UHGV virus genome: UHGV-1533542
Direction: 5' to 3' (one strand)
Origin: a virus
Length of the DNA stretch: 30,878 nucleotides
The first letter of the stretch is position 1. Each line of letters begins with the position of its first letter. Below, one piece after another: positions 1 through 8,261 of this stretch. The notes under the pieces were generated by a model, which did no database searches, had not been told where the DNA came from, and saw only the letters and a list, made by a program, of their open reading frames with translations. The position numbers were made by a program, and so were the translations under genes.

Positions 1-369
1 AGATGCTCAGCAGAATCCCCCACATCCTGAAGGAGGTGTATTCAGACAGGCATCCCACCTGACTTCGAATGATGATTATTCATCACTATAGAGAGCAATG
101 ATTCTAAGTGTCATATGAAAGTTCCAATTGATATATATCAAACAAAATAACCCTGATTAATGAATTATTACGTTTATCATGTTAACTCATCATTATTACA
201 TCATCATTGTAAATAATTAAATTAACTTCCATAACATTAAAATATGTATCCACTGACGCTTTTTTACATAACGAAGAATTGACCATTTTGTCCTGTTGTG
301 CCTTAATGTAAGTACCGTCCACGGCGTGGGACATACTTCAAGGAACCTTTTGTGAGTCAGGCAACCAGT

Positions 370-543
370 ATGCGAAAACGACACCGATTTAACAGTCGCA
401 TGACCCGTATCGTACTGCTCATCAGCTTTATCTTCTTCTTTGGCCGTTTTATCTACTCGTCCGTCGGTGCCTGGCAGCACCATCAGAGCAAAAAAGAAGC
501 TCAGCAATCCACACTCTCCGTCGAATCACCGGTACAACGTTAG
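370..543 (+). CDS. possible small membrane peptide (57 aa from ATG 370; ORF opens at GTG 352)
   Basis: Basic N-terminus (MRKRHRFNSR) followed by one hydrophobic helix (IVLLISFIFFFGRFIY); AT-rich surroundings; overlapped by a 96-aa antisense ORF (217-507), so coding status and strand are uncertain. Confidence 0.2.
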   Translation: MRKRHRFNSRMTRIVLLISFIFFFGRFIYSSVGAWQHHQSKKEAQQSTLSVESPVQR

Positions 544-853
544 CGGTTACCTTCTCCACTCTCACAGAACATAACGGCACCTCGCTGTCGGATGCTTTTG
601 CTCTTTGAGATTATCAAAGCGGCAGATATTCTTTCATCTTAAATTTTACGTCTTTGTTCTGACTGAAGTTCATCCTGTTCGGCTGCGAAATAAATACATC
701 ATTAATACATATGTTGTGATGATGTATTTTTATAAATTATTTCCCGCATGAATTTTAATAAATTTAATCTATTCCTTTATACGCAATACATTTACTTTCC
801 TCTTTTGATGATCTTAAATGTCTCATTTTTCGTAATGTGTATAACAAGGAATA

Positions 854-1372
854 GTGATGAAATTTAAAAAATGTCTTCTGCCTGTGGCAATGTTAGCGTC
901 ATTCACTCTGGCAGGATGCCAGTCAAATGCTGATGATCATGCTGCCGATGTTTATCAAACCGATCAACTGAATACCAAACAAGAAACTAAAACCGTTAAT
1001 ATTATTTCCATTCTTCCCGCAAAAGTTGCCGTAGACAACGCCCAAAATAAACGGAACGCACAAGCCTTCGGCGCGCTTATTGGCGCTGTCGCTGGCGGTG
1101 TTATCGGCCACAACGTCGGGTCTGGCAGCAATTCCGGAACGACGGCAGGTGCAGTTGGCGGCGGAGCTGTAGGCGCGGCAGCGGGTTCGATGGTGAATGA
1201 TAAAACCTTAGTGGAAGGTGTTTCTTTAACATATAAGGAAGGCACCAAAGTGTATACCTCCACCCAGGTGGGTAAAGAGTGCCAGTTTACGACAGGTTTA
1301 GCCGTTGTTATTACCACGACGTATAACGAAACGCGTATTCAGCCAAATACCAAATGTCCTGAAAAGAGCTAA
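854..1372 (+). CDS. glycine-zipper outer-membrane lipoprotein (SlyB/YcfJ-like)
   Basis: SD AAGGAA upstream of GTG 854 / ATG 857; signal peptide ending in lipobox LAGC; Gly/Ala-rich glycine-zipper segment (GALIGAVAGGVIGHNVG...GAVGGGAVGAAAG) as in SlyB/YcfJ-type lipoproteins (from memory). Confidence 0.75.
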   Translation: MMKFKKCLLPVAMLASFTLAGCQSNADDHAADVYQTDQLNTKQETKTVNIISILPAKVAVDNAQNKRNAQAFGALIGAVAGGVIGHNVGSGSNSGTTAGAVGGGAVGAAAGSMVNDKTLVEGVSLTYKEGTKVYTSTQVGKECQFTTGLAVVITTTYNETRIQPNTKCPEKS

Positions 1373-1387
1373 TAATCAGGAGGAGTC

Positions 1388-1927
1388 ATGAAGAAAGTTT
1401 TTCTTTGCGCCATCTTAGCCTCCTTAAGCTATCCGGCTATCGCCTCATCATTGCAGGATCAACTCTCGGCTGTCGCAGAAGCGGAACAGCAAGGTAAAAA
1501 TGAAGAGCAAAGGCAGCATGACGAATGGGTCGCGGAGCGCAACAGGGAAATCCAGCAAGAGAAGCAACGTCGCGCAAACGCCCAGGCCGCGGCTAATAAA
1601 AGAGCGGCAACGGCAGCGGCGAATAAGAAAGCTCGTCAGGATAAACTGGACGCCGAAGCCACTGCGGACAAAAAACGCGATCAAAGTTATGAAGATGAGC
1701 TACGCAGCTTAGAGATTCAGAAACAAAAACTGGCGCTGGCGAAAGAAGAAGCCCGCGTCAAGCGCGAAAACGAATTTATCGATCAGGAACTGAAGCACAA
1801 AGCTGCGCAAACCGATGTGGTGCAATCTGAAGCTGACGCAAACAGAAATATGACTGAAGGCGGTCGCGATCTGATGAAAAGCGTGGGTAAAGCAGAAGAG
1901 AACAAATCGGACAGCTGGTTTAACTAA
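1388..1927 (+). CDS. secreted K/E/Q/A-rich coiled-coil protein, function unknown
   Basis: ATG preceded by strong SD AGGAGG; starts 16 nt after the lipoprotein gene (likely operon); signal peptide MKKVFLCAILASLSYPAIA; long charged helical body; terminator follows at 1972-1998. Confidence 0.7.
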   Translation: MKKVFLCAILASLSYPAIASSLQDQLSAVAEAEQQGKNEEQRQHDEWVAERNREIQQEKQRRANAQAAANKRAATAAANKKARQDKLDAEATADKKRDQSYEDELRSLEIQKQKLALAKEEARVKRENEFIDQELKHKAAQTDVVQSEADANRNMTEGGRDLMKSVGKAEENKSDSWFN

Positions 1928-1971
1928 GCGATGTCAGTAACTTCAAGCCTATGATTCGTGAGTATAAAAAA

Positions 1972-1998
1972 CCCTCTGTAGTAACAGAGGGTTTTGTT
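1972..1998. terminator. bidirectional intrinsic terminator
   Basis: 7-bp stem CCCTCTG/CAGAGGG with 6-nt loop, A-run 5' and T-run 3' (TTTTGTT); lies between convergent gene ends at 1927 (+) and 2146 (-). Confidence 0.65.
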
Positions 1999-2145
1999 CA
2001 TTCATAGTGCAGGGTTCAAATCATTCCCACTCAATTATTTACGAAAACCATAACCAATTGACTGATAACAACTTTCCTCAACCTAATTTTCACCGTACCG
2101 TTTTATATACCGTCACCGGAAATCAGTACCATGAAAAATGCCATG

Positions 2146-2628
2146 CTATCTTGTCAGGGTGTCATACTGTTTTTCGCAGACTCTTCCGGCTTCGGCTGCC
2201 CGGTCAGCATACTCTGCCAGTTGTCTGTTTCTCTCGAGAGATTTGCTGAGCACGTCGGCAAGCAAAACTCCGGTGTCTGCGGCTGACGTCCCAGCGCCGA
2301 CAATGGCGTTATACTGCCTGAGCTGCTCACGGATGGCAAAGAGTTGTTGCTGCAACCTGCCAGCGCGAGCGGCAGCATCAAGAGCATCATTGCGCGCCTG
2401 GTCGATTCTTTGCTGCGCTTCACGTTCATTGGTCACTTTCTCCTGTTCGTAGTACTGACGAACTTTGTCTTCTTCGTCTTTGCGGTCTTCTTCCGCCTGC
2501 GCATACCCGGCATCGTACTGGCGACTACCGTGTATATTCCAGGCAACCACTCCGACGATGAACAGAGCAGCAAGCATCACCACGATAACCAGTTGTTTCC
2601 AATATGCTTTTACGAATGCCCAGATCAT
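2146..2628 (-). CDS. Rz-like i-spanin
   Basis: ATG overlaps endolysin stop (ATGA); N-terminal TM helix ([18 protein letters not shown]) then charged coiled-coil domain; contains an embedded out-of-frame lipoprotein ORF; last gene of lysis cassette. Confidence 0.8.
   Translation of the reverse strand: MIWAFVKAYWKQLVIVVMLAALFIVGVVAWNIHGSRQYDAGYAQAEEDRKDEEDKVRQYYEQEKVTNEREAQQRIDQARNDALDAAARAGRLQQQLFAIREQLRQYNAIVGAGTSAADTGVLLADVLSKSLERNRQLAEYADRAAEAGRVCEKQYDTLTR
2154..2390 (-). CDS. Rz1-like o-spanin (lipoprotein) embedded in Rz in another frame
   Basis: ATG at 2390 inside Rz; signal peptide with lipobox LAGC ([13 protein letters not shown]); short Pro-rich mature part; embedded arrangement as in lambda Rz/Rz1. 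Confidence 0.65.
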   Translation of the reverse strand: MMLLMLPLALAGCSNNSLPSVSSSGSITPLSALGRQPQTPEFCLPTCSANLSRETDNWQSMLTGQPKPEESAKNSMTP

Positions 2629-3254
2629 ATAGCCAGCACCTTACTGGCAGTGACGTACCGCGCGCGCCGGTCGTCGATGCCGTTCCGGCCACCATTGATA
2701 ATCAGAGTTACACGTACAATATCTCCGGTATACTTCATGCAGCCTTTGCTGGAGAAGAACCAGGCCGCGCTACGAGCCGCGTATTCGTCCTGTGCCAGCA
2801 GTTCAGGATTCTCCAGCAGGTCCACTTTCAGGCCGTTTCCGCAATCACGATAGTTATTCAAACCGGTAATCTGGATAAGTCCGCGGCCACGGTAATTCCA
2901 GCCATCGCCGGGGGCATTGTTCCCCATGCGTTTGCTGTACACCAGATTGGCAATCGCTCGCTGGCGCTCGAGTGGCAATGGTGGTTCACCAGCATGGCGA
3001 CCCAGTGCATTAGCCTGCCCCTGAGTGAGACGCCCAGCCCGAACGAAGTTAGCCAGTCCGCTGACACTGTAGTTGAAATTCTCCTGCAACCTGGTGAAGC
3101 CCCCAGACTCATGCCCGACTTGGGCAATAAACATTGCCTGATCTTCTGCTTTGCTGATACCAAACTCTTTCATCGCAGAAGTTATATGCGAGAACCAGCG
3201 TGCGGCCAGCGCCTCGCTAATACCAGCAGCTCGCTGGAATTGTTTAATCTCCAT
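2625..3254 (-). CDS. endolysin, glycoside hydrolase family 19 (chitinase-like lysozyme)
   Basis: Start at internal ATG 3254 (MEIKQF...), not the longer ORF from 3485; motifs [35 protein letters not shown] typical of GH19 phage endolysins (from memory); sits between holin-like genes and Rz. Confidence 0.88.
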   Translation of the reverse strand: MEIKQFQRAAGISEALAARWFSHITSAMKEFGISKAEDQAMFIAQVGHESGGFTRLQENFNYSVSGLANFVRAGRLTQGQANALGRHAGEPPLPLERQRAIANLVYSKRMGNNAPGDGWNYRGRGLIQITGLNNYRDCGNGLKVDLLENPELLAQDEYAARSAAWFFSSKGCMKYTGDIVRVTLIINGGRNGIDDRRARYVTASKVLAI

Positions 3255-3552
3255 GTTTAGACCTCGATATTTTGAAAATCTGAACAACGTTACCGCGTGT
3301 TTTAATAACCGCGGCAAGCATGACAGCGTTGATAATGACCTCAGATAAATCCACAGCCATTGGCGTGCGTAACCAGATTGCATAGACGACACGAACAGGA
3401 ATACTGGCCGCAGCAACAATAAGGAAATAAGCAAGCCACCCTCCCCATCTTCGATGTTGAGAGCCGTTACGCCGGAATGTGACAACGCGAATTGCTATGC
3501 CAGTACAAATAACTGCATTGGTGATAAGCAAAAAAAACTCATGCGTTACCAT
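3244..3552 (-). CDS. holin/antiholin-like small membrane protein
   Basis: 102-aa ORF with 2-3 hydrophobic helices, directly upstream of and overlapping the endolysin start; function assigned by position only. Confidence 0.5.
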   Translation of the reverse strand: MVTHEFFLLITNAVICTGIAIRVVTFRRNGSQHRRWGGWLAYFLIVAAASIPVRVVYAIWLRTPMAVDLSEVIINAVMLAAVIKTRGNVVQIFKISRSKHGD

Positions 3553-3952
3553 CGTCTTTTCTCCCCGGAATTAAATCGCGTGGATTGTCTGAACGGTGGT
3601 AGAGCCATATACCAATACGCACAGCGACAATTGCTGACACGAATGCGCCAGCAGAGAAAACAATCCCTTTTTCAAAAGAGTCCTGCGTGATGGTAGGGAT
3701 CAGGCTGGCTATGCCGATAAGAATTGATGCTGCTGGTTTGTAGAAAAGAAGTCCACAGAGAAAGCTAAGCATCGATAAGAGTACGCGACGATGAATTGGG
3801 TACTCTACCGCAGAGGTAACAAAAATTACCGCACCAGCAAGAGCACCGAGCGCCACCTCTGGCGGAACGCCTACGATAACTGCAGCAAGAGAGCTCACAC
3901 TAAGCCATTGATTTAAAGAATCAGTAGTTAGATGGGCTGACATAATGAACAC
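3539..3952 (-). CDS. holin-like membrane protein (class I-like)
   Basis: 137 aa, about 3 TM helices and charged C-terminus ([19 protein letters not shown]); first gene of lysis cassette; start ambiguous (GTG 3952 or ATG 3943; a TAAGGAG lies about 20-29 nt upstream). Confidence 0.5.
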   Translation of the reverse strand: MFIMSAHLTTDSLNQWLSVSSLAAVIVGVPPEVALGALAGAVIFVTSAVEYPIHRRVLLSMLSFLCGLLFYKPAASILIGIASLIPTITQDSFEKGIVFSAGAFVSAIVAVRIGIWLYHRSDNPRDLIPGRKDDGNA

Positions 3953-4172
3953 CGTTTATTACGCATAACAATCTCCTTACTATTGAAGATTCACACATAA
4001 TAAACCATTTAAGGATAATAGTTACCTCAAAACGCTGTATTTCTACCTTCTACGGCAATGAAAATTTCGTTCAGAAAATGGTCTAGTGTACCTCTCAGTC
4101 ACAATTAAAGAAGAAAGAAGCCGAACTTACTTCGTAATAAGCAAGCCGGCTACTAAGATTAATCCTCAATAT

Positions 4173-6929
4173 TTAGCTACTTTCAAGCATTGCAAGACGT
4201 GATTCTATTTTTTCGATTCTTCTACGCAAATAAGCTGACTCAAGCCATAAACACTGGTCAGTACGGATACCCCACCTATTTCCAGCCTTGCAAACCAGAG
4301 TTCGCTCTTCTGTTTCGTATTCTTCTTCCATCTCAATTTCGACGCCATCCACAACTTTAGTGATCATCCTTACCGCCATCACTGGCGCGTATTTATCATC
4401 CCATTCATCGTAACAGAGAAGGCCAAATCTGGTTCCATCAATCCCATGCGCGAGGAAAGTGTCTCTCACTTGTTGTGCTATAACACCAAAATGCCAGCGG
4501 GCACCATCTCCCTTTTCCCTGACGGCATCAAGCCAGCGAAAAGCTACAATCCTGATATCTCCCCATGCATCCAGAATTGCATCACCTTCATAACCACGAG
4601 ACATATACAAGCTGAGCTCACTTGTACTAATCGGTTCACTTTTTTCTCTACCATCTGATGTGTTTATCGAACCGTTCGCAGAATAAACCTGTGCCCATCT
4701 AAATGATGGTGCACCAAGAGATTTGCTGTTATCAATAATTGGTGAAAAATTACCTTTAATGGCAATATTTCCAGAGTCGCCGAGTATATTAATAACTGCA
4801 GAGTCATCACCATGGTTTTTTACGCTTAAGTTTCTTGATGAAATATTTATATCTTTGTTATATCCACTAACATTAATCCATCTTTTACCATCAATGTGAT
4901 ACCCGTAAATATTTCCGTCTGATTGTTCGTCAGGTGACTCTCTAAGAACAATAGCATCTGCTCCAGACGACCATTGTATTTTTGTATCTGTAGGCCTCCA
5001 GTTCTTTATAATGAACGAACCATCAGTAAACTCCGTTTTTATTTGTCTATTGTCTACAAATGCGTCTCTTGGTTTAAACTCACTTGTGTTAACGCTGCTC
5101 TGAAGATCAGAAGCAAAAAATCTAAGATTTCCTGTATAACCCTGAGTCTCGGTCTTGTTATACGCAATCATAATTCCATTTTCAAACTCAGATGATGTTA
5201 TTTTAACATCACGGCAATCACCAAAAATGCAATTTCCTTTATCAAATGTTGTTTGAGCTTTGAATTTATCAAACCTTAAATTACGAACAGGGAAACCATC
5301 AACCTCTAATGCAAAGGATGCAGGAAGGCCAAAGTATTCTGATGGCTTACCTGATGTATGATCAAGAGTAGTGGCTACTGTATTCTCAAAAACAGTCCCG
5401 CTAAAATTATTACCAATTGACGGAAACCTGATTACACTTATTGTACCTTGTATTTCAGGAGAAATACCAGATAGTGTGATGTTAGCTCCATCAAATGATG
5501 CATCTGAATACGTATATACTGATTCACTGCCAGCAATTTTAAACTGTTTAACTGAAGTTATTCTCATCGACTTTTTATGTTTAAATGTCACTGAGCTTTC
5601 AGTATTACTTACAAGATCAATCTGAGGGCTATTCCTTATCGCGATCCCTGACTGGACATAAACGTTATTAAAGTGCGTTTTTTCAGGATTTCCCTTCATT
5701 GAAAGGCTCCCGTCATTTTCTGTCAGTAGTAGTCCTTTTACCCTCCAATAGCCGACAATCTGTACGTTATCAATAACTGAATCACAGCTATCGTATACAT
5801 GCAACCCTATATCCCAGTTATCACCCAATGAATAAGAATCAGGGTTATTGTATCCTTCAATACCATTTTTACTTACCATTATTCTCAGATTGCGTAACTG
5901 TGATGCCCTGTTGATACTAACAGCTACGCTCATGGCTTTTGGTGTAGCAGGAGTAACACCTACAGAATCTTCATTTGTAAACTCAGTGAACTTACAAGAT
6001 ATCCCTTCAACAATTTTAACTGGTCTTTCATTAGAGATGTTAAAAAAATATTTGTTTTTTTCTCCATCACCAGTAAATACAAGATGGGTTCCTTTACTCC
6101 AACTTTTTAATAATCTTTCAGGCGCTGGTCTATATGTATCCCAGTAATCAATTCCATCACCAATTAATGAAACTCCAGGAGGCACATCTATATTCTTAGA
6201 AATCATCCATTTACCTGCAGGTATTCTAACGACACTTGCACCAGAATTTATCGCATTAATTAACCATTCAGACGCATCAACTTCAAAATTTAATGCAGCA
6301 TATCTTTGCTCAAACGGAACAAAATCAAGAGCGTTAACGTTATCCCGCATCTTATCCTGGAACGTTCGGTATACTGCTCCAGAACCATACTGAATAAACC
6401 AACCAAAACCACCAATAACTCCGGCGATTGCAGCATCGACATAATTACGCATTGAGCGATTATTTACAGCGTCCTGCTCAAGTGATGGATCAGCAAGGTT
6501 AGATATTCTGTTTTGCTTTGCATCGTAATATTTTGCAAGCAAAGATGGTTTCATCAATGCACGTCTGAACCACCCAAAACATTGCTGGATCAGCATCGTC
6601 AGGTAGTCAAAAGCATCTTCATGCACTTCGGGGAAAAATTTACCCTGATTGCGAAGGTCTGTCTCCTGCACTACATCAAGCACACGATCTATCGTAATTC
6701 GCCATCCAGCAGCAAGCGGAGACGGAAGAACAACAGAACCGCCACTATAAGTGCCCGCCCCAGTTACCGTATAACCGGTATCCAGAACCAATTCTGTTAC
6801 GTTCCCGTTCAGGTCAGACACCTGAACAACCAGGTCGGATTTTTTGAAAATACGGAAGGTATACGGAAATGATGTCGTAGCGCCGTTACCAGTGTATTCG
6901 TTGTGGTCAACTTCGGTTGAGACCGTCAT
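4173..6929 (-). CDS. tailspike / tail fibre with depolymerase-type body and C-terminal intramolecular chaperone (peptidase S74-like) domain
   Basis: 918-aa ORF with SD GGAGA 6 nt before ATG; C-terminal ~160 aa match, from memory, the endosialidase auto-chaperone domain (S-D-G-R-E-K cleavage motif, DAWGD, HFGVIAQQVRD, C-terminal RRRIEKIESRLAMLE); central Asn/Ser/Gly-rich repeats consistent with a beta-helix. Confidence 0.88.
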   Translation of the reverse strand: MTVSTEVDHNEYTGNGATTSFPYTFRIFKKSDLVVQVSDLNGNVTELVLDTGYTVTGAGTYSGGSVVLPSPLAAGWRITIDRVLDVVQETDLRNQGKFFPEVHEDAFDYLTMLIQQCFGWFRRALMKPSLLAKYYDAKQNRISNLADPSLEQDAVNNRSMRNYVDAAIAGVIGGFGWFIQYGSGAVYRTFQDKMRDNVNALDFVPFEQRYAALNFEVDASEWLINAINSGASVVRIPAGKWMISKNIDVPPGVSLIGDGIDYWDTYRPAPERLLKSWSKGTHLVFTGDGEKNKYFFNISNERPVKIVEGISCKFTEFTNEDSVGVTPATPKAMSVAVSINRASQLRNLRIMVSKNGIEGYNNPDSYSLGDNWDIGLHVYDSCDSVIDNVQIVGYWRVKGLLLTENDGSLSMKGNPEKTHFNNVYVQSGIAIRNSPQIDLVSNTESSVTFKHKKSMRITSVKQFKIAGSESVYTYSDASFDGANITLSGISPEIQGTISVIRFPSIGNNFSGTVFENTVATTLDHTSGKPSEYFGLPASFALEVDGFPVRNLRFDKFKAQTTFDKGNCIFGDCRDVKITSSEFENGIMIAYNKTETQGYTGNLRFFASDLQSSVNTSEFKPRDAFVDNRQIKTEFTDGSFIIKNWRPTDTKIQWSSGADAIVLRESPDEQSDGNIYGYHIDGKRWINVSGYNKDINISSRNLSVKNHGDDSAVINILGDSGNIAIKGNFSPIIDNSKSLGAPSFRWAQVYSANGSINTSDGREKSEPISTSELSLYMSRGYEGDAILDAWGDIRIVAFRWLDAVREKGDGARWHFGVIAQQVRDTFLAHGIDGTRFGLLCYDEWDDKYAPVMAVRMITKVVDGVEIEMEEEYETEERTLVCKAGNRWGIRTDQCLWLESAYLRRRIEKIESRLAMLESS

Positions 6930-7033
6930 GTTAAATCTCCAGATAGTCGCAGCACCCGTTGCGCCGCATATCTGGTTATTCTATTACCTGAAAAACCATA
7001 TATGGATAGATAACCCATAAATACGAAAAGATA

Positions 7034-7048
7034 TTACCTTTCAGGTGA
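7034..7048. promoter_or_regulatory. ATTACC-N5-GGTAAT-type dyad, copy a (TTACC-TTTCA-GGTGA; one mismatch)
   Basis: Inverted repeat in the divergent intergenic region between tailspike start (6929) and the 85-aa gene; a partial copy (TTACCTGAAA) at about 6984. Confidence 0.5.
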
Positions 7049-7085
7049 TTTGCAAAACGTGCTGGATAGCAAACAAATTATTTGA

Positions 7086-7105
7086 TACTGTATATTTATA
7101 CAGTT
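7086..7105. promoter_or_regulatory. LexA (SOS) box
   Basis: TACTGTATATTTATACAGTT: CTGT-N8-ACAG with AT-rich spacer, 18/20 identical to E. coli consensus TACTGTATATATATACAGTA; 20 bp upstream of ATG 7125. Confidence 0.75.
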
Positions 7106-7124
7106 ATTGCATGGAGAAGATAAG

Positions 7125-7382
7125 ATGCAGCAGTATCACTATCCACTGGAAGACGGATTTACCGAAAGGATTCACACGCCGGGAGGCGTCAGGTCACTGG
7201 TGGAGGGATCGCACTTGATGAAATTACTCCGGGATCTCGATAAGGATGGATTTAATGTCGATGGCCCACTTGCCGAACTGACTGCACTGATTAACTACGT
7301 CACCAGCTCACAGATGTCTATGCAGGATCTGCAAACACATCTCGACTATTGTGCCGAACAATTACGAAAACAAACCCGGTAA
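7125..7382 (+). CDS. 85-aa protein preceded by a LexA box; paralogous to C-terminal domain of the Bro-N protein (antirepressor candidate)
   Basis: ATG with SD GGAGAAG; ORF opens at TTG 7107 but ATG 7125 preferred; by-eye alignment with residues ~148-228 of the 8528-9214 protein (HLMKLLRDLDKDGFNVDGPLAELT...DLQTHLDY vs LLMNLLNQLQEDGHDVSGAAAELT...DIQTHAEY). Confidence 0.65.
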   Translation: MQQYHYPLEDGFTERIHTPGGVRSLVEGSHLMKLLRDLDKDGFNVDGPLAELTALINYVTSSQMSMQDLQTHLDYCAEQLRKQTR

Positions 7383-7389
7383 ATTTAAA

Positions 7390-7405
7390 GGCCGCAAGAG
7401 CGGCC
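7390..7405. terminator. bidirectional hairpin terminator between convergent genes
   Basis: GGCCGC-AAGA-GCGGCC stem-loop with A/T-rich flanks, between the stop at 7382 (+) and the stop at 7405 (-). Confidence 0.5.
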
Positions 7406-8133
7406 TATCGTTTCGCTTTGTGCTCATCCCAGCACGTTTTGCACCATGCCATTAAGCCGTCCGCATTTTGATTATTAGGGTAAAAGCTGGTTCGTTTTCT
7501 GCGGACATTACAAATTGGGCACCACTTCATATGGCGTGTATTCTTTGGGCCATCGAGACACCTTGCACACCACTTAGTCAATCCATCTGGATTTTTTGAC
7601 GATTTCCTGAATTTTTCATATGGAAGGTTTATTCTGCATCGCAAGCACTGCTTGCTACCACTTGAAACTCTGTTAGCTGATTCTTCTTTTGGCGGCGATG
7701 CAGAAGGTATTCTTGCTGGCTCTGATACTGCCTGAGGTGCTTTTTTAGATGACTGAGACGATATGTCATCACCAGGGAATCTTCCATGATATGCCGGACG
7801 CGTTGACACTCCAGGTGGAAGCTCAGCTGTAAACGGCTTTGGCTGAATCAGTTGCCTCTCTTTTGCTAACTCCTGCTGTTTATAATATGTCTGGATTACC
7901 GCACTATCATAAGCAGGAGGTGCGGAAATATTAGGCGCATTACCTCCAGTTTTTTGAAACTGAGTAGAGGTGTGTTCTATCACCTGTGTACGATTAATCG
8001 TTATCTCCCCATCTTCGGTCTTTATCGTTTTGTTATGATTAACGACCGTACGATCAGAGATCTTAGTCTTGTTCTGGTTGATAACGTAAATAATCACCGC
8101 AACCACACCAACAACTATCCAGAAAACTTCCAT
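7405..8133 (-). CDS. membrane-anchored protein with C-terminal tandem zinc ribbons, function unknown
   Basis: SD GAGGA 6 nt before ATG; N-terminal TM helix (VFWIVVGVVAVIIYVI); Pro/Ser-rich linker; C-terminal Cys cluster CLRC...WCARC...WCPIC...WCKTC (two CxxC-N~20-CxxC units). Confidence 0.7.
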   Translation of the reverse strand: MEVFWIVVGVVAVIIYVINQNKTKISDRTVVNHNKTIKTEDGEITINRTQVIEHTSTQFQKTGGNAPNISAPPAYDSAVIQTYYKQQELAKERQLIQPKPFTAELPPGVSTRPAYHGRFPGDDISSQSSKKAPQAVSEPARIPSASPPKEESANRVSSGSKQCLRCRINLPYEKFRKSSKNPDGLTKWCARCLDGPKNTRHMKWCPICNVRRKRTSFYPNNQNADGLMAWCKTCWDEHKAKR

Positions 8134-8153
8134 TGCTTTTCCTCACAATAACA

Positions 8154-8168
8154 TTACCTTAAAGGTAA
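8154..8168. promoter_or_regulatory. ATTACC-N5-GGTAAT dyad, copy b (perfect; TTACC-TTAAA-GGTAA)
   Basis: Perfect inverted repeat about 20 bp upstream of the RBS of minus-strand gene 7405-8133, in the divergent region shared with the Bro-N gene; weaker related site CTTGCTTTCAGGTGA at 8172-8186. Confidence 0.55.
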
Positions 8169-8246
8169 TATCTTGCTTTCAGGTGATCAAGCGTTAAACG
8201 CAATCAACCAAATACGGTTGATTTTAATATTTCTTCGCGTTTATCA

Positions 8247-8261
8247 TTACCTTTGCGGTAA
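8247..8261. promoter_or_regulatory. ATTACC-N5-GGTAAT dyad, copy b3 (TTACC-TTTGC-GGTAA)
   Basis: Perfect TTACC-N5-GGTAA inside the long 5' region of the Bro-N gene. Confidence 0.5.

Noticed and set aside
964-1317. 117-aa minus-strand ORF antisense to the lipoprotein gene
   Set aside because: Pro/Ala-rich translation is the antisense reading of the Gly/Ala-rich glycine-zipper codons; the lipoprotein frame has lipobox and SD
2604-3260. 218-aa plus-strand ORF overlapping the endolysin gene
   Set aside because: Opposite strand of a gene with strong GH19 motifs; low-complexity composition; no RBS
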